Source: Bdellovibrionota bacterium (GTDB taxonomy: Bacteria; Bdellovibrionota_C; UBA2361; JBGSMV01). Taken from it: a DNA stretch of 64,000 bases. The position numbers were made by a program, and so were the translations under genes. This document shows, in pieces, positions 60,929 through 64,000 of the stretch. The stretch covers positions 32,001-96,000 of the forward strand of contig JBGSMV010000015.1 in the NCBI GenBank assembly GCA_041739995.1, written 5' to 3'. Each line of letters begins with the position of its first letter. Position 1 is the stretch's first letter. The notes beneath the pieces are model-generated. The model made no database searches, had not been told where the DNA came from, and worked only from the letters and a program-made list of their open reading frames with translations.

Positions 60929-61531
60929 TCGGAGCGCCTCATCAATCATCACGTCTAGGAAAGCCCCTCAGTGGAGCGGAAACGAACTCGGATAGTGTAC
61001 TGGGATGTAGATTCTAGCAACTAACGGCTCCCTCAGAGGCATTTCACGCCTGTCCTACATGTTGTTTGGGCATATTTCGCTTCGAAGCAGGGGGCGCGGA
61101 CCGGGAGGCTTCGAATATTGGAAAGAAATCGAGCGAAAGTTGTTCTCAGAGTGCCCTAGAACAGTTATTCTGACTCCCCAGCAACTGAGAAGGTTCGTTT
61201 TTCATCAGTGCATAGAATCACACGAGTGACACTCGGTCGGGCGCCACGAGTCAGGCGCTTTTTCGAGGTCTACTCGGAGCGGCGAGTTTCGTGGCACGCC
61301 GAGTGATTCTTCGTTGCACTTGGCGGATCAAATCCGACTTTCTTAATTTTAGCTCTGGCTTAATTTAGCCCTGGCTTTAGCTCTCGAGCACGCTCCGTTG
61401 CATTTTGTTCTGAGTGGCTTTGGAACTCCGCGCGTTGGAGGCCCACGGTCAACGACTCGGTTCACGGAAGGAATGCCGCGAAGTGTGAAGATAAATTTTA
61501 AAGGTCCGCCTGATTTTCTTAATGGGGTCAT

Positions 61532-62833
61532 ATGGGTGAGAAAGCAACCTTACAGTTTGGTAAAGATCAGGGCGGTAAGGAGCCAATTGAATTAGATGTC
61601 GTAGTCGGCACTGAGCAAGAGCGCGGCATAGACATCACTCGCCTTCGAGAAAAAACCGGATACATCACACTCGATCCAGGCTTCGTAAATACTGGCGCGT
61701 GCAAGAGCGCGATTACATTCATTGATGGAGACAAAGGCATTCTTCGTTATCGAGGAATTCCTATAGAGCAGCTTGCAGAAAAATCGACCTTCCTTGAGAC
61801 CTCATTCCTTGTGCTCTTCGGCAAGCTTCCGACGCAAGCAGAACTGACAAGATTCACCAATGAAATTAGCGCACAGACCTATCTTCATGAGGATCTAAAA
61901 AGCATCTTTTCCGCCTTCACTCGCGACGCGCATCCGATGGGCGTGGTAGGATCGATGTTGCATGCGCTCGCCGCTGTGTACGAGAGCGAGCCTGGCACTC
62001 GCGAAGAGTTGTTTTACGTGAACACCATCCGCCTACTCGCACAGTTTCCAACCATTGCCGCGTTCGCCTACAAGCGCTTGGTCGGTCAGCCCTTCATGTA
62101 TCCTGATCATAAGCGTGAATACTGCGAAAATTTTCTCTACATGATGTTTGCACTCCCGACTGTAGACTACGCGTCGGAAAAGGAAGTGGTTGAAGCGCTT
62201 AATTTGTTGCTTATTCTGCACGCTGATCACGAACAGAACTGTTCAACTTCAACAGTGCGTCTGGTGACTAGCAGCCACGCCAATCTGCAGGCATGCATGG
62301 CAGCCGGCATCTCCGCTCTATGGGGCCCACGGCACGGCGGTGCCAACCAAGAAGTAATCGAAATGCTCGAGCAAATTCGGGTGAACGGTGGTGGCGTGCA
62401 GCGCTACGTTGAAATGGCCAAGGACAAGGATAGTTCTTTCCGACTGATGGGTTTCGGACATCGAGTGTATAAGAACTTCGATCCCCGCGCGAAGATCATT
62501 AAGACCGCCTGCGACAAGCTGCTTAACAAACTGAAAGTAAGTGACCCCTTGCTTGATATCGCTCGCGAACTTGAGGCGGCCGCATTGAAGGATTCATACT
62601 TCGTTGAGCGAAAGCTCTACCCGAACGTCGATTTCTATAGCGGTATCATGTACCGCGCCATGGGAATTCCAGTGAACTTCTTCACGGTGATGTTCGCGCT
62701 TGGCCGATTGCCGGGATGGCTCGCACACGCGAAAGAGCTCATTGATGACACCTCAAATAAGATCGGTCGACCAAGACAGGTATACGTCGGCCCAGCACTC
62801 ACCAACTACACTCCAATTGCCGGACGAAGCTAA
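61532..62833 (+). CDS. gltA: Citrate synthase (type II)
   Basis: 'ITFIDGDKGILRYRG', 'HADHEQNCST', 'HGGAN', 'MGFGHRVY', 'YPNVDFYSG'. Confidence 0.97.
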   Translation: MGEKATLQFGKDQGGKEPIELDVVVGTEQERGIDITRLREKTGYITLDPGFVNTGACKSAITFIDGDKGILRYRGIPIEQLAEKSTFLETSFLVLFGKLPTQAELTRFTNEISAQTYLHEDLKSIFSAFTRDAHPMGVVGSMLHALAAVYESEPGTREELFYVNTIRLLAQFPTIAAFAYKRLVGQPFMYPDHKREYCENFLYMMFALPTVDYASEKEVVEALNLLLILHADHEQNCSTSTVRLVTSSHANLQACMAAGISALWGPRHGGANQEVIEMLEQIRVNGGGVQRYVEMAKDKDSSFRLMGFGHRVYKNFDPRAKIIKTACDKLLNKLKVSDPLLDIARELEAAALKDSYFVERKLYPNVDFYSGIMYRAMGIPVNFFTVMFALGRLPGWLAHAKELIDDTSNKIGRPRQVYVGPALTNYTPIAGRS

Positions 62834-62904
62834 CGACCCCAAATCTCGATCGCACCAGCATCACTGGCTGGAAGCTTTCTTTGGGAAAATTTCGTTGAGG
62901 TTTA

Positions 62905-63813
62905 GTGGGGCGACTATCAAGAACGATCGCTTGGCTGGTACCGGTCGCCGCATTACTACCGTACATTCTCGGGCCGCTTCTGATCCAGTTCTCCTTCGAG
63001 GCCGAAGTCGTTCGGCCGCTGCTTGAGCGCCTGATATACTTTTGGCTGCTGTTTTTGACCTGGTCGATCGCCCTGCAAGTTGCCTTTCGATGGTTCCTGC
63101 CAACTCCGGGAAAAACGAAACCCGCTGCCCGCACCGCCTCTGGCCTTTTCGAGAGGGTCGAACCCAAGCCGAAAGTGAGATCTGTGCTTCAAGTCGCCGC
63201 CTTGGTGCTCAGCGTATGCGCGTTTCTCGTCTCATTGCAGTTCGTCCAGGCGAAGCTAGAAAACCCTCCTTTTGCCCTCGCACTGTTCAGCGTGGGGATA
63301 GTCGCCCTACAGCGCTCATACTCGGCGCGCTCTCAGATTATCCGCGCAGGCATCGCCCGAGCCGTTTCGATTACCGGCATCAGCTACCTCTCTGTATTGG
63401 TAATGAAGCCTCTACTGTCATGGGAACCCGCTCTCGTTTGTGCTGCGCTAGGACTACTTTGGGCCGGGCGCGACCTGACCCAGCACCTCTCTGAAACTAG
63501 GGAACACTCGCCCACGCAGGCAGAAGTTGCGAATCCTCGGAAACTAGCTCGTTACACTCTAAAGTCTAGAGCTGCCTTGATGTGCTTCGTTTTGGCTCCA
63601 ACTCTTGTCGCCAGTCTTTGCTATCTCGGGATACTTCCGACCGAATTCATCCTCGTTTTCGGCATATTTCCCCTACTACTCCCGCTCGCGGAACGCCTTC
63701 GACAATCAGATCTTTCAGGGCAGGACTGTGAATTTATAAGGATTCGGGGCGATATGATTTTTGTCGCATTTGCTGCTATTTTAGTCGCGGTCAACCTATT
63801 GGGGCACTTATGA
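62905..63813 (+). CDS. Polytopic membrane protein
   Basis: About 8 hydrophobic segments. Confidence 0.7.
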   Translation: MGRLSRTIAWLVPVAALLPYILGPLLIQFSFEAEVVRPLLERLIYFWLLFLTWSIALQVAFRWFLPTPGKTKPAARTASGLFERVEPKPKVRSVLQVAALVLSVCAFLVSLQFVQAKLENPPFALALFSVGIVALQRSYSARSQIIRAGIARAVSITGISYLSVLVMKPLLSWEPALVCAALGLLWAGRDLTQHLSETREHSPTQAEVANPRKLARYTLKSRAALMCFVLAPTLVASLCYLGILPTEFILVFGIFPLLLPLAERLRQSDLSGQDCEFIRIRGDMIFVAFAAILVAVNLLGHL

Positions 63814-64000
63814 AACACTCAAGTTTTTCGCTCATTCGCATCGGTAGTTTATCTCTCGCATCAGTAGTCTTTTGTTCAGCTGTTGCTTTCGCCGCACCGG
63901 CACCTTCGGCCCCTGAATCTAACGCAGCCGTGAGTGCCCCAGGAAGCGGTAACGTAGGAAACAAAAAATCATTTGACCTCAATGAACAAGGGGTCAAAGC
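63810..64000 (+). CDS. Secreted protein, partial (possibly TPR)
   Basis: ATGA overlap; MKHSSFSLIRIGSLSLASVVFCSAVAFA-AP...FDLNEQGVK is open to the window end. Confidence 0.65.
   Translation, partial: MKHSSFSLIRIGSLSLASVVFCSAVAFAAPAPSAPESNAAVSAPGSGNVGNKKSFDLNEQGVK

Overview
Chromosomal window from a Gram-negative bacterium of moderate GC. The gene content is delta-proteobacterial/Bdellovibrionota-like, which is an inference. The left ~18 kb carries an F-type type IV secretion (T4SS) core operon: traL-traE-traK-traB-traV, an extra secretin-N0/DotD-like lipoprotein, traC and a second traV-like gene. Envelope genes follow on the same strand (bPH, GT-C glycosyltransferase, SH3, M23, hflKC), then a VirB2/TraA-like pilin. 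A large divergent membrane-protein gene runs off the left end. No relaxase, coupling ATPase, integrase, traNUWFHG or att site is visible in the window. The remainder mixes housekeeping genes (ispG, fadJ-like, methylcrotonyl-CoA carboxylase, gltA) with lineage-specific genes and several apparent pseudoenzymes (ATPase-less histidine kinase, pseudo-receiver, pseudokinase, doubly degenerate RibBA). It also holds a candidate sigma54-driven ~280-nt structured ncRNA, a decayed vapBC toxin-antitoxin module, secreted Cys-rich, Thr-rich and collagen-like proteins, and many short intergenic tandem repeats. No rRNA, tRNA, CRISPR array or intact IS was found. All calls are by-eye motif recognition; no database searches were run.
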